Assembly (NCBI RefSeq): GCF_006345805.1
Contig: NC_042997.1
Coordinates: 135,656,001 to 135,720,000, forward strand
DNA: 64,000 nt
Reading direction: 5' to 3'
From: Octopus sinensis
Taxonomy: Eukaryota
This document shows, in pieces, positions 24,690 to 38,384 of the stretch. The notes under the pieces are model-generated. The model was not told the origin of the DNA, did not search any database, and saw only the letters and a list, made by a program, of their open reading frames with translations. Position numbers and translations under genes: made by a program. The first letter of the stretch is position 1; each line of letters starts with the position of its first letter.

Positions 24690-26230
24690 GTATTTTTGAG
24701 ATGATGTATATGGTTGGCGAGTGTTGTAGATTTACTATGTGTTTATCGTATTTAAAAGAGTGGAGATAAGTGGCATATCGTTGCTTAAAGACTTTGTTGA
24801 TCCTATGTATATGGCTGTAGAGTTGTGTAATTGGTTAAGGACCGTGCAAATATACCCTATACTTTATCATGTTCCATAATTGACTCAGGCACTTCCCTAC
24901 TGCAGTCAACGCCCAATCTGCAAGCTGTGCCTGAAGGAGAGCACTCCAAATATTAAAACACAACTCTCCAACACTGCTTAATAAGCATAACGAGGCATTA
25001 AGCACATGCAACCAACGCTTTTATCACACATTCAAATTCTATCACAAATACAAATGCCAAAATGACCATAGGGTAAATGTTCCGCATTAATTCTTAGGTA
25101 ATCCCATTAACCAATAAATTTATATTCTAACTTATAACCCATATCTAGTTTATCACATATGCAACCATCTGATTATATTCGTTTACATTTATACACGTAC
25201 ACACCCATACGCGCGTATATACGTACGAGTGAGGGTATGCATGTATGCATGCATGTGGGTATATGTAAACATTTAAACACATGCAAAATTTAGATAACTG
25301 CACATGTAGGAACGATGATACACGAGGATTGTATTTGTAACTGATCGCTATAACTTATCTTATACACATGTATTTACATCTTCACTTAAATATTTTCTCA
25401 GAAAAATTAACACTGCTATTTCCTTAATTCTTAATTCCTCATATATTAATAGCTACTACTACACTTAGTACTTCCTCTACCTCCTTCCCCCCACCCACAT
25501 TCCTCTATCATTTATACTTTATACCTTTCTCTCTCTATCACCACTCCTACTTTCAAACTATCTCCACTGACCACTGACCAACCTATATCTAAATTTTTCT
25601 TTTTTCTTTTCCCTATTCTCTTTATTCATACCTTCAGGGGTTTTTTCTTTATTTTTGATTCTTCTTTCTCTTTAATTCTTTCTTTCTCGCCTCCTCTTAT
25701 CTCTGGTTTTTCTTTTTTTCTTTTTATTTCTTTTTGTCTTTCTTTGACATTCCTCTCTTCTTGTTTTCAATTGGACCAATACACTCCCTATTTCTTGATC
25801 AGTTTTGATACAAACCTGGAATCTGCTCTATTCTATATAAATTCCCTACTGGGAATGACTAACTTTAAAAGAATCTTACATTGTTTATAAACTTTACATC
25901 AGGATGGACTCATATTAAACTCTCTTGGACTTTGGGATTTTACTCAAAGGACATTGGAATATTACACATATATTCCATTATGCCTATAAAACGGACTTAT
26001 GAACTCAATAACCATACATATCTTACATCTATCTTCTTTCCTCCACCTCCCTTTCTATTTGTATCACATCGAAACTGAATATGACATAATTTTTCCTCTC
26101 ACACCGTCTCCGATGAAGGGATATTATTATTTAATATTCTAGAAACAGCTATAAGACGTTCTATTCTATCTATAAATGCTCTAATATTTATACAGCCTTG
26201 TTTTTTTTTTTATCTCATTACGCAAAAAAT
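24690..26230 (+). mobile_element. PLE 3' end with 5' inversion: GIY-YIG N-part on minus (24690-24840), C-part, 3' UTR and HHR on plus
   Basis: Minus: [27 protein letters not shown]. Plus: CKLCLKE..ILKHNSPTLLNKHNEALSTC. Pyrimidine-rich UTR and HHR at 26105. Confidence 0.7.
26105..26158 (+). ncRNA. Type I hammerhead motif (CCGAUGA, one stem III mismatch)
   Basis: cgtct CCGATGA agggatatta..taatattcta GAAA cagcta TA agacg. Confidence 0.65.
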
Positions 26231-26394
26231 TCATATATACACAAGCTGACATGGAACCAACGTTGAACCATTTATTCGCAATATTATCGAATCTGGAACT
26301 TAGCTATGGTCTGTCTATAGCACTTATTCAGCATTACCTGACACTTTTGGGTCTCAATGACACCATTATCTCTTATAACCTCAACTTATATATA

Positions 26395-26465
<71 letters not shown>

Positions 26466-26467
26466 CC

Positions 26468-26645
26468 GGAGTAAACACTTAAATGTGAAACAAGGTGGAA
26501 AAAAGAGTACTCAAATACCAGGGGTAGAGTAATATGCTTTATTTATTTATTTAGATATGCTTTTATTTTAACAAAACTGTCCGACGAACGGGAACGTGAA
26601 GCTCCGAGTAACAGGTTTTGTTGAATTTCTGCTGCTTTTAAATAA

Positions 26646-26650
<5 letters not shown>
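26468..26650. mobile_element. Second copy of the 3740 family, with inverted arrangement
   Basis: Sequence identity to 3740-3944; embedded in (TA)n. Confidence 0.7.
26577..26614 (+). ncRNA. Minimal hammerhead motif (CCGACGA, GAAG)
   Basis: ctgt CCGACGA acg ggaa cgt GAAG ctccgag TA acag. Stem I extends with caaaa/ttttg. Confidence 0.55.
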
Positions 26651-26690
<40 letters not shown>

Positions 26691-27585
26691 TGCATGATGG
26701 TAAAGTGAGAAGTAAATAAATATCGCTATGCTTTCGGTGTATGGAAAATTGGTGGAAATCTACTGACAGAGCGTTTGAAAAAATGTACACGGCACCCTTA
26801 GCCCAAAAATATTATATTAGGCTAGCACGTTAGTTCTTAGCCTAATTTGCATTTTTATTATTTTAGTGGGACTCGTCATTGAAATCTACATTTTGATGCA
26901 GCACAAATCAGAACTGAAATAAGTTTTAAGATGTAAATTCTGGATGTATCTGAGGCAACACCAATTTAAACCGATTCGTTTATTCTTACGAGATGCCAGG
27001 AGTTGTAATATTTATTGTTCTTGTTCTATTCATCATTAATTTAGGTGAAAGACAGTTTAATGTTTATACCTTAACCTTTCGCTCTTGATTTGTGTAATTT
27101 TCTTTAATTTTGCTTTTAATACTTAAATTATCAAATTTGTCAAACATTTGTCAAACTTTTTCAAAAAAAGGCAGATCGCGTGAATTTTCCCAAACTCCTC
27201 TTTACATCATCTCGGAAACATTATTTGCCATAAATCCTTATATACTCTGAAGCCACAACATCTAAGCGGTATTTGTAGAAAAAATTGTTAAAAAGTATCC
27301 GTTTCTCTGGATGTTATGAGGCAGCAAAGTCAGGAGCGTATACATCTCAAGTAATACCCTTTTATTTATACGATTTTTTCGTTTTATGTGTATTTCATTC
27401 GTTGTTAGCAGTGTTCTCTCTCCCCTTCTCTTGCACACAGGCACAGAAAAGCTGACAGGCTGCTGAATTGTAATTTCTACGTTACTCTGAAGGGAAGGTA
27501 AAACTTGACAAATTGCTTCTTCTTCTGTTGTTGGAATACCGTGATGTTTGTTTAAAAGAGAGATTATAACTGCGATAAAATAATG

Positions 27586-28965
27586 AATGATATAGGTATT
27601 ATATATATTTCTACAATTCGAATAATTTCAATGAGTAATTAATTTAAATGATTAGAAATTGTCGGAAAAATAAATTTAATAACGTACCAAGATTATGCAA
27701 ATTCATAAACCAAATGGGTGGTCATATGACTGGTCGGACTGCACTGTTTTATTTTATAATCGATCATTGTTACACATTAATACGATATGAGAAAGCGTTG
27801 TAGTATCAGCCCAGTTACTAGATCAAAGATCGTATTGCTTCATCAGCAAAACGTCTCCTTCATGAACATTAGTAAGCAATTAGGATGCAGCAAAACGGCT
27901 TGTGTCCAAGCAAGCAAGCTTTACCAAACCACTGGCTAATACAAAGATCGGCAAATAACGGGCGCTCCGACATAAGCAACAATACAGACGGATCGGCGAA
28001 TTTATAGGCTCTCTGAAGATAACTGAATGCTAACAGCAGTGGACACTTGCAAGCAATTAGCTGATGAAACTGACATTAGGCTTACACCATAAACTGTCGG
28101 AAACTGCCTAAAAGAATTTGAACTGTTCAACCAGATCGCTCTAAAAAAGGCGATAATTTCCGAGACGAATCGGCGGAAGCGGATCAAGTTTGCTAAAAGC
28201 AATATTACATGGACGGCAGAAGACTGGTCAAAAGTTCTTTGGAGCGACTAAACCCACTACTGCATATTTGGATAAGATGGAAAGACTTATTTTAGACGCC
28301 GTCCAACTGAAGAATTTCATACTGTGTCGAGAAAACGGCGCAAGCCAGAGGTGTGTATGGGGGGGGGGTAATGGTGTAGACCGCTTTCAGCAGCTTAGGT
28401 GTTGGTCCAATTGTTAAGGTTACACTGAACAGTGTAAGCTATCTGCAATTAGGAAATGAAAATGCGCTGCCATATTTAAATAATCAGATGACACTGGGAT
28501 CTATTTTCCAGCAGTACAGTTGCCCCGTTCATAAGGCTACGAAAGTTTTGCAATATTTGAGCGCAATAAAATGGTGGTTATTGAGTGGTCTCCGCAGAGA
28601 CCGAATTTGAATCGCACAGAAAGTTTATGGAGTTATGTTTCTAAAAGAGTTCATGCTAAAAAAAACAACAACAACAAATTTGTCCCAATTATATAATTTT
28701 ATTGAAGCAAAATAGCAGAACATTCCAAGTGATTTTTGTAGTCATTTGTCAAAGTCCATGTCCAGCAGTTGGTAGACCGTAATTGAGAACTAGATACTAA
28801 TAATAAATTTTTGCTTGTTAATCATTTGCGGCATACATTTTCAATTTAAACAAAATAATGTTGATACGGTCTTAAAGTTATTTTGCCGACAAATTCTAAT
28901 TATTTGAATTTATTGCCCATTAAAACTATTCAAATTGTAGAATGATATATAGCACCTATATCATT
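27586..28965 (+). mobile_element. Decayed Tc1-like element with long TIRs
   Basis: Inverted ends ttagaaatttgtcggaaaaataa / ttattttgccgacaaattctaa extending to tatagg/cctata. Transposase remnants MRKRCSISPVTRSKIVLLHQQ, WTAEDWSKVLWSD and WSPQRPNLN. Confidence 0.82.
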
Positions 28966-29079
28966 GGAAAGAGAAACAATTCTACTTAAACTTTAAAAAT
29001 GTAAAATAATATTATATAGTTTTGTTTAGAATAAATTAACGAAGGAATAGAACTGTTATCCTCGTTCATAAACTTATTT

Positions 29080-29780
29080 TGGCCAGTGTATCTCTCCACA
29101 TTAGTGCCTTTCAAACATATCACCCCACATCTCACTTCTTATACATATTCCTTCCATACATTCTTGTCTCTTCCTTCTATCCCTCCTCATATTCCCTTAA
29201 TAGACTGACAACTATCCCCTTCCCCCACAATATCTTGACCACCATCTTGAACTCTTTTCATTTTCTCTTCCACTTTCTTTCTTCTTCCCTACTCTATTCC
29301 TTTTTGACCAATACTTTTCTCCTCCTACTAACTTACATATCCATTTTCCTCTCCCTACCAATACTTCGTCAGCATTTCCTTCATACTACAAGACCCTATT
29401 GAATGAACAGCATATGGAATTAATGTCTCCACACTATCCATCTGTAATAACAAAATATGAACTTCTATTGCAATTTACATACCTTGGACAAGAAGCTTTT
29501 CTACCCATTCAACACAGCACTTTCCTTGGATAATGGAACTGCAACCGTAACATCCAGCATATATTTTTTTTTATTCTATTTTCATTTAGACTTCATATAT
29601 CTCTCCCTTCACCGAATAAATTCTTATATTGGACACTACCATTTCCCTCTAACTCTCTCATATCGTCTCTGATTAAAGTATATCCCTCATATCCTAGAAA
29701 CGGCTGTAGGACTATCTTTCTCGTAATAAATGCCCTAGAAATTTCACACTGCATTGTTTTTTTTACTTCATTTTACTTAA
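29080..29780 (+). mobile_element. PLE 3' UTR relic of the 24690-26230 family with a degenerate HHR at 29664-29712
   Basis: Pyrimidine-rich tract, then cgtct CTGATTA ... GAAA cggctg TA ggac. Tail resembles 26160-26220. Confidence 0.55.
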
Positions 29781-29919
29781 CATAAACCTGCTCTCACACA
29801 CGATCCACCTTAGACTCTTTACTTAAAGTAATATTGAACCGGGAGTCTAACAACGGTCCTTCCGTGGCACTTACCTAGCCTTACCTGTCATTTTGAATCT
29901 CTTGAATATAAAACCTCTC

Positions 29920-29925
29920 ATATAT

Positions 29926-29985
<60 letters not shown>

Positions 29986-30028
29986 CATACATATATATAT
30001 GTATATATATATATTCATATATATATAC

Positions 30029-30059
<31 letters not shown>

Positions 30060-30363
30060 ATATACATATATATATATATACACACACATATAATATATAT
30101 ATACATACATTATATATATATACACATATATATATATACATATATATATATATACATACATATATATATATATACACATATATATATACATATATATATA
30201 TATACATACATATATATATACATACATATGTATATATACACACATATATATATATACATATATACATATATACATACATATATATATATAAATATACATA
30301 TATATATATAAATATACACATATATATATACACACACACACATATATATATACACACACACAC

Positions 30364-30397
<34 letters not shown>

Positions 30398-30435
30398 GCA
30401 TGCATACACAGATACACACACAAACACACACACAT

Positions 30436-30465
<30 letters not shown>
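29920..30465. repeat. Long compound (TA)n/(CA)n/(TACA)n microsatellite
   Basis: Direct observation. Similar tracts at 17705-17850, 20660-21100, 23400-23620, 24445-24690, 26385-26465, 35240-35300, 57760-58000, 60585-61310 and 63280-63760. Confidence 0.95.
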
Positions 30466-30466
<1 letters not shown>

Positions 30467-30598
30467 CTAAGGGTGGATACTACTGTAGCTTGTAGCCCCA
30501 GGAGAACATCTTCTCCAGCCGGCTATTGACACACGTTCTGTGCACTATCAGTATTTGCAAAGGGAAGATATCCTTCCCATCTTCGACTTGGCGTGATA

Positions 30599-30643
30599 CG
30601 CACGGACCCGGCTTTCTGGGTATTTACCCGTCATCAGCGGACG
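30599..30643 (-). ncRNA. Minimal type I hammerhead motif
   Basis: cgtccg CTGATGA cgggt aaat accca GAAA gccggg TC cgtgcg. Confidence 0.7.
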
Positions 30644-30778
30644 ACAATGAACAGTCTTTGATGCGAAGGGGTCCCTATTGCTTGTTTGCACTTTTTCGAG
30701 ATCGGTGACTTTTCATCACTGGAAAAAAGATATATGTATTTGTATTGGGACCCATTCGCATCGAAGACCGGGGATTGT

Positions 30779-30823
30779 CGTGCGCTGACGACGGGTAAAT
30801 ACCCAGAAAGCCGTGTCCGTGCG
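30779..30823 (+). ncRNA. Minimal type I hammerhead motif
   Basis: cgtgcg CTGACGA cgggt aaat accca GAAA gccgtg TC cgtgcg. Confidence 0.7.
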
Positions 30824-31083
30824 TATCACGTCAGGTCGACGATGGGAAGGATGGCTTTGCAAATATTGATAGGTCACAGAATGTGTGTCAATAGCCAGCT
30901 GGAGAAGATGTTCTCCTGGGGCTACAAGATACAGTAGCATCCACCCTTAGTGGTTAGCCATATTTAGGTGGCAAATATACTTCACATTGTCCTGCAGCTA
31001 CTGTTTATACCTCGTTCAGAGATTTCTTATTACTTGTTTACACTTTTCCGAGATCAGTGACCCATCGTCGACCTGACGTGATA

Positions 31084-31128
31084 TGCACCGATCCGGGTTT
31101 CTGGGTATTTATCCGTCGTCAGCGCACG
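31084..31128 (-). ncRNA. Minimal type I hammerhead motif
   Basis: cgtgcg CTGACGA cggat aaat accca GAAA cccgga TC ggtgca. Confidence 0.65.
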
Positions 31129-32472
31129 ACAATCACCGGTCTTCGATGCGAAGGGGTCCCAATGCAAATACATATATATTCTTTTTCCAGTGAGGAAAAG
31201 TCATTGATCTCGAAAATGTGATTTGTTTCATTTAACTTAAATATATTTGTTTCATATTTGTTTCATTTAACTTAAATATATATATAAATATATATATTTT
31301 TTATTTAGTTCTGAAACGTAATCCTACTAAATGTATAGTCATTTAACTTTGTATAGAACATCTTTCTTAGTGATGGTTATCTTTCTTAAGAATTTAATTT
31401 AGATTTGTCTTTAATTTAGCTAGTCGTCCTCTATGTGCTACGTATACGTAGACGTGTCACCGATCAAATTACAATTTTATTTCGACCAGAATAACACAGT
31501 CACACTATAGATATGAATGTACATTTAGCATTCACCTGGTTAATAAAAATGTAGCAGTAAACAGGCTTTGTGTACTGCTTTTATTCCTCCTCTAATTGCT
31601 GGATGTATCAGGCGACATCAGAGATCGAAATTACAATCTTAATTTGGCGTGATATATAACTCCTAAATAGGTTATTTAAGTATACATTCCTATTGCTTAA
31701 AGAAAAGTGGAACTGGTCACAGAAAAATACTGATTGGAGACCTAAGCTTCCTACTGCTTTACTGATTTACAACGTTTACTAATCTCTGCCATAGCATTAC
31801 AAGTTTGATAAGAATAGAATGGAACGAAATTCTTGTTTCTCTGCAGGATTTTACTCCATCAAATATGGAAACGATTATATATGTATACTGCAGCGTGCAA
31901 CTGTTTGGTAACGCTATTTTATTTAAACACGTGTAGCTGATTAAATGTCTGTTGAATCTTCATTCATTATGTTTTTTCTAATATATTCTGCATTTAAGAT
32001 ACAATTTTTGCGGGGGATTAGTAGAAGTATTTTGGGGGATATAAAAATATAACTATGTGCTGATGTTACAGAGATTGAAACAACAACCTACATAGCTTAT
32101 GGTGTCATTAACTGTACACTTTAATTAGACAGGTTTGATCACTATACAGAGGTATTCGCCTCGATATTCCTCTGTGTAACATTTTCTTCTGTGTACACAC
32201 ACATGCACATGCGTGTGGGTGTGAGTGTATGTGTCAGTACGTGAGTGTGTATGTATATGTGCTTGTGTGTGTGTGTGTCTGTGTGTGTATATGTGTGTGT
32301 TTGTGGTGTAATCGTATGCGAATACGATTGACTTGAGGGGATGTTTCCTAGTCATACAAAGTATCGTATGCATAGACAATCAATTGATTTATATAATAAG
32401 TTAGCACTCAATCATTCTCTCCAGACCTTCAAATTTATTATTGCAGATTCTCATAATCTGCTATAGTTTGTA

Positions 32473-33713
32473 TTGGATTACCACATAAATAATGCGGGTT
32501 TTTCAATTGCATGAGCAAAAAGTCGAAGGGACACGGGAAAACTACCTGCACCAACTTGCTACAAAATGGAGTGGTAATTTTACCTTGTACTTATTCTTAG
32601 TGCAATTTTTGAAGAATGTAGTTCGATGTTAACAGTTATTTTTTTTTGAAAGCTATAAAAGATGTGACAAAGGTGCATATTCGGCATATTTTGCTTTATG
32701 ATCTCAATCAAGGCAAGAACCCAACGGAAAGTGGGAGCAATATTAATGCAATGTATGGGCGTCAGACAATAATCGTAGCCAGTGACAACGATATTTCCAG
32801 AAATTCCGAGCCGGAAACTACAGCTTAGAAGAAGAGCCTCGCCCTCGAAGATCTGTAGAGCTCAACGAAAACGTCCTGCAAACCCCGGCGGAACAAAATT
32901 CCATCGTAACCGTTAAGCTTGGATTTGGTAATTTATAGACACTTGCGTGCCATCGAAAAAGTCAGCAAATTGGGTCAAACTTTTCTGGTCTCATCGCGCG
33001 CAGAGACTGAATGTATGATTCGTCCATGCTGTCACGTCTTACGAATGAAGCTTTTTGGACCGAATAGTGACTGGTGACGAGAAATGGGTTCTCCATAAAA
33101 ATGTCAAACACGGAAGACAGTGAGTAGGAAACAGAGAAACACCAGCATCACAGGCTAAAGAAGGTCTTCAACCAAGTAAAGTGCTGTTATCTGTTTCATG
33201 ATATATGAAAGGTTTAGTCCACTTTGAACTTTCTAAACCCAAACCAAACGATAACAAAGGATATCTACTGGGAGCAGTTTGAGCTGCTTTAGTCAGCGCT
33301 AGAAGGAAAATGACCATCTTTAGTTTCAAGACGAAAGGTTTTCTTCCATCAGTATAACACTCGGCCAATTACATTGAGGTTGACATGCCATTAAAAATGG
33401 AAAGCGACGCCCCACCCACCATATTCACTGGACATTGCCCCATCTGACTATCATTTATTCCACAGTTTTCAAAATCATTTGGACGGAAAAAATATGAATT
33501 CTGTAGACAAAATCAGGACAGTAGTGGAGGAGAATTTTTCGTCACAGACAAATGAATTTTGGAAGAGGGGTCTTGCAAATCTACCAGATAGATGGAAGAG
33601 CATTGTAGGAAATGGACTAGAATATATTTTAGATTAAAAAAGAACTTTGTCTTTCTTAATTTTGAAAAGTATAAGAAGAATTGAAAAACCGCATTATTTA
33701 TGGGATGACACAA
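32473..33713 (+). mobile_element. Full-length decayed mariner element
   Basis: TIRs ttggattaccacataaataatgcgg / ccgcattatttatgggatgacacaa, TA flanks. Motifs HIRHILLY, IVTGDEKWV and HPPYSLDIAPSDYHLF. Confidence 0.92.
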
Positions 33714-34514
33714 TATGTTACTGTACTCCCCACTTGACCTTCTTTTAGCCAGGTTTATCGCATGCAGTGCTAACAGAGGTATTCATGTAGATCTATTCAT
33801 ATTCTCTTTTCCTTCGTTATATATATTTATACAATTTAAGCATTTAAGTTGTTTATGTTTAAATGATATAGACATTTCAGTCGCACGCCAAATATGACCT
33901 AAGCGGCAAATATATAATAAATGTAATATGAAATGCTTTCTCATTTCGTGAAAAGATATTTTTAATAAAAAACAACTGATAAACAAAATTTAGTCTTATA
34001 TGTAAACAAGTGAGAGAGCCTGTATGTGATTAAAGCATTTGATAGAAATGGTGGATAAACGGCCATCAGTTTTCACTCTTCTATCTCGAATATGACATAT
34101 TGAAAATATGGGAGATGCACACATTCTGATAAGACACGATAAACTTGACTTGAATGCATTCGATTGCAGATGTACTTCGACATAGCTGATCTAGCGTTAA
34201 TGTGTGTTAATATGGTAAAATAGAATAATCTAGGACATTTATAACTGCATCTTCTAGAAAAATCTCAAACCTTCTGGAATGCACACTTTATTAACTTTTG
34301 TTCCAAATACAAATAAATTGCCGTGGGTCCCGACTGATATTTGCATCTACTCTAACATTAAAGCGACTCAATTGAATATGTGAGGAATTTTAAATTAGTT
34401 TCCTAAAGTCAAAATGTTTCCACACAAAACGAAAATAAAATATTAACTATTTTTCTTTTTCTTTATGGGATGAAAGTTGTATTTGAATTCCGATTCATTT
34501 CTATATCGTAGACA

Positions 34515-34912
34515 ATTCTTTTCTACGTTAGGCACAGACCTGAAAGTTTGCAGGAGGGAGTCAGTAGATTAGATCGACCCCAGTACGCAATGGTACTTAA
34601 TTTATTGACCTCGAAAGGATGAAAGACAAAGTCGACCTCACCGGAATTTGAACTAAAAATATAAAGAGAGACGAAATGCCTATTTCTTTACACCCACAAG
34701 GGACTAAACACAGAGGAGACAAACAAGGACAGACAGACGGATTAAGTGGATTATATCGACCCCAGTGCGTAAATGGTACTTAATTTATCGACCCCGAAAG
34801 GATGAAAGGCAAAGTCGACCTCGGCGGAATTTGAACGCAGAACGTAATGGCAGACGAAATACGGCTACGCATTTCGCCCGGCGTGCTAACGATTCTGCCA
34901 GCTCGCCGCCTT
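34515..34912 (-). mobile_element. Dimeric tRNA-derived SINE
   Basis: Two tandem gaccccagt..gaaaggatgaaag.caaagtcgacctc modules. Imperfect TSD tatatcgtagacaatt / tatatcatagagaatt. Confidence 0.85.
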
Positions 34913-35236
34913 CGTATATCATAGAGAATTGGCATTAATCGGAAGAGCTTCACCTGAGTTTTTGTACGAGAGAAGATGTTTTCGTGACGGCGCCGGTGTA
35001 CATCTACAATACACGAACACATAAATGCGTACTCATTCATAATTGTCCTGTACTCTATTTTTTTATAGTTTTTTGTTGTTTAAAAAAATGTCCAGTTCCT
35101 TGGGTTTGTGTCTATGTTTTCGTTTCTCATTGTGTTCGACGTCTTTTTGGTGCCCTGTACTCATATATGCGTGTATATGTACATGTAGAGGTAGGTACGT
35201 ACATATATGTTTATATATATGCATATGTTTTATTTA

Positions 35237-35305
<69 letters not shown>

Positions 35306-37679
35306 ATATGCGTGTATGTGTGTGTATACACTAGAGTCTAAGATATATTTTTTTATGCACACACACACATACATGTACTCACACATATAGATTCATATTT
35401 ACACACACAGATATAAATAAATAAATAAATAAATATTTAAGAGAATGTGAGAGAGAGATAAAATACACAGTTACACTTGCGTAGGTGTTTCGATATGTGT
35501 TTCGTCTTTCTTGTCTTGTTTATCCGGATTTATTTAAGGTTGTTTTTTGTTTTGTTTTTTTGCACAAGCGCCTGCCGCCTGCTTATCTATTTCTGAACGT
35601 CAGAACGATAGAATTTATATTTCTATAGTTGTTTCGTTGGATGCGTTCTATATTTCAATTTATTTCTATTTCATATTCTATCACCTTTTTTTTATGTTTT
35701 ATGTTTTATGTTATCCTTAAATAACTTATACAGTTTTAATGCATGTGAGCAAAATGGCTTCTGTATCTCATACGATTTTAGCATTCTAATAGTTTCTAAG
35801 AGAGAAGACATGTCTTGTTTTAATGGGAATTTACATCATTGAAGCCTTTAAAATGCAAATCAGACAAAAAAATTGACATCCTTCACTAAACCAATTTTTA
35901 GCGCTGTTAAGTTGGCAACTTGAGCATCAATTGCTTACACTTGTCATGATGTGCACGTTAGACGATGATTTAAAGTTTTCTAGTCTGTCCTATGGTGAGA
36001 ATCAGTGTGCAACTGTTCCGATAAAATCAATAGATGGCTGTTAGTAATTTCGTAAATATAACTTTGAGTATAGATACGGATTCTAAGAGATTGTACATTT
36101 ATGTATAAGCACGCGTTGATGTGTATCTGCGTGTGTGTACGAGCGTGCCTGTCTACCTGTGCGTGTGAATGTGTTTACATGAAAGTTTTAATATGTTTCT
36201 GCATAAATATATGCTTACATTGACGATTACACAGATTCAAACACATATAGGTAAAAGTAATCTCAATTATATCTAACTATGTGATATAGGCTCGATTCTA
36301 TTGTGAGCCATTTCATTTGTGTTATTTAATCCTCGTATCTATCATTTCTTGTCAAGGTCGCAATAACCTCTATACTCTTTAAAATCAAATTCGTTGCGAT
36401 GCTGTTATGACGTACTTGAAACCCATCTCGAAGATACCAGCTTCATGAGAGACTCATTTCACCATCGAGGCTTACATTGTATTTCACATGTTTACATTAC
36501 ATTCGTTCGTGTCCTTTTAGAAGATCTAAGGATATATCAAATAGCAGCAAGAAAGGAAAGCAAAATATCAAGAGACAAAGCAAGAATATATGTAGAATAT
36601 GTTATCTTAGGCCTAACGTTTTCGCTGCCCTATGGACCATCGTATGATATGTTTTGTTTATTGTTTCTAAGAATTATAAAGCGTCTGTATATCAGGAAAG
36701 AAAAACGATGAGGCTTGCAATTTACATGTCTTATATTGAAATAAACTGTCAAATGAAATGGAGTATTTTAGTCAGTAACTGAAACTCTGTAACGTTCACA
36801 GCCTTATTTACAGCGGCCAACAATTTTAGTATGAGCCTGTTAATAGAACGCACATCCTATTATATTTGTGAGTGAGCATGGCATGTTGACTACGATATGT
36901 ATTTTAGTGTGTAAACACGGGGGCCTCAATTTCTATGGATAAAACTTTTATTTATGCATCATAACTTTGTGTACTTTGTATGTTAGGCCATGGGTTAGGA
37001 TTAGAAAACTTATTCGTATTAATACGTTCAAATAATAATGAGCTTGTTAGCTAAATCTGTATTCATCAAGATATTCTGATGGATAAAACCTCTGCTTCTC
37101 AGCACATTTTCAGATTGTATTCTATCGGAGCTACAACAGTGAATTATTCATGATCTTGCCAACAAAATCCTTCTTATTCTATTTCATGTCATACTAATCT
37201 TGCAATTTCGACCTAAGCACGATATTTATTTTCGAACTTGTGACTAAATTATATGCTCTCCTTGTGTGAATGGTAATCGTCTTTATCCACATACACACAT
37301 AGTCGTAAATGCTTCATTCATCTTTACGACCGATCTCTTGCCTGGCTCAATTTTCACTTGTAGTTTATTTCTCTTCACTGTTTCGCAAGACATAAAACTC
37401 ACAGTAAGACATTTCTTCTTGACAAAAATATAGAGTCATTATTACTACTTGACACCAACGCATTGAGGTAAGAGCCCGAGTCCCTACTTGGGGCAAAATG
37501 AAAATGTTTGATTATTTGATTAATGGCTTTTATTGCCTTTCTCTAATTATTCTTTCTTCATAGCTTTTGCGTCTCCTCTATAGACACACATACTCACATA
37601 CACATACAACACATGCACGCACATACACACATACACACACACACACACATATATATATGTATATATATTAGTCTTTTTT

Positions 37680-38068
37680 TTAAGGAAGCACTCCGTCGGT
37701 TACGACGATGAGGGTTCCGGTTGATCCGAATCAACGGAACAGCCTGCTCGTGAAATTAACGTGTAAGTGGCTGAGCACTCCACAGACACGTGCACCCTTA
37801 ACGTAGTTCTCGGGGATATTCAGCGTGACACAGAGAGTGACAAGGCCGACCCCTTGAAATACAGGTACAACAGAAACAGGAAGTAAGAGTGAGATAAGTT
37901 GTGGTGAAAGAGTACAGCAGGGATCACCACCATCCCCTGCCGGAGCTTCGTGGAGCTTTTAGGTGTTTTCGCTCAATAAACACTCACAACGTCCAGTCTG
38001 GGAATCGAAACCGCGATCCTATGACCGCGAGTCAGCTGCCCTAACCACTGGGCCATTGCGCCTCCACA
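37680..38068 (-). mobile_element. tRNA-headed SINE of a second family, with an RTE-like 3' tail
   Basis: Minus head ggcgcaatggcccagtggttagggcagctgactcgcgg..ggtttcgattccc (A and B boxes). TSD atattagtctt. Confidence 0.85.
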
Positions 38069-38384
38069 TATTAGTCTTATATTCATTGTAAAATGTATTT
38101 TTTTAAATATTTATTTCTTTCAGTTTCTTATAATGTGCAACAGTTATTGTTTCATTTGTGCAGCCATTGGTAACATTTAAACTAAGAGAATCATGCGATA
38201 GAGATAGTTGGCAGTCCGTCTGGGTGCGAACCACAAATCTCAGGTTATGTGCTAAGGCTAAAGCTAACTAGAAACCATAACGCGCATTGACTCAACCAAT
38301 AGCTAAATACATGCATCATAGTATGATAGTCAGGTCAGGAAGTCTTTGCTGTCAACGTGTGCTGTTCAATCAATCAATGAATAA

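Larger units (their letters stand above)
30466..31220. mobile_element. Fold-back non-coding element (~210 bp inverted arms, 30466-30951) plus a third partial copy, each carrying a hammerhead motif
   Basis: Ends ctaagggtggatactactgtagcttgtagccccagg / cctggggctacaagatacagtagcatccacccttag. 31060-31220 is an inverted copy of ~30695-30846. Confidence 0.85.

Noticed and set aside
29881-30529. Long ORFs rich in YI/CV/HT (also 17655, 20592, 24347, 26251, 34984, 57703, 60484, 63595) and poly-S/L/V ORFs at 1087-1548 and 3088-3409
   Set aside because: These are translations of microsatellites, not genes. Only the PLE-derived N-terminus of 1087-1548 is meaningful.
37990-38068. tRNA genes (also 16567-16641, 17545-17625)
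   Set aside because: These are tRNA-like heads of SINEs or repeats, with no convincing acceptor stem, and they continue into repeat bodies.
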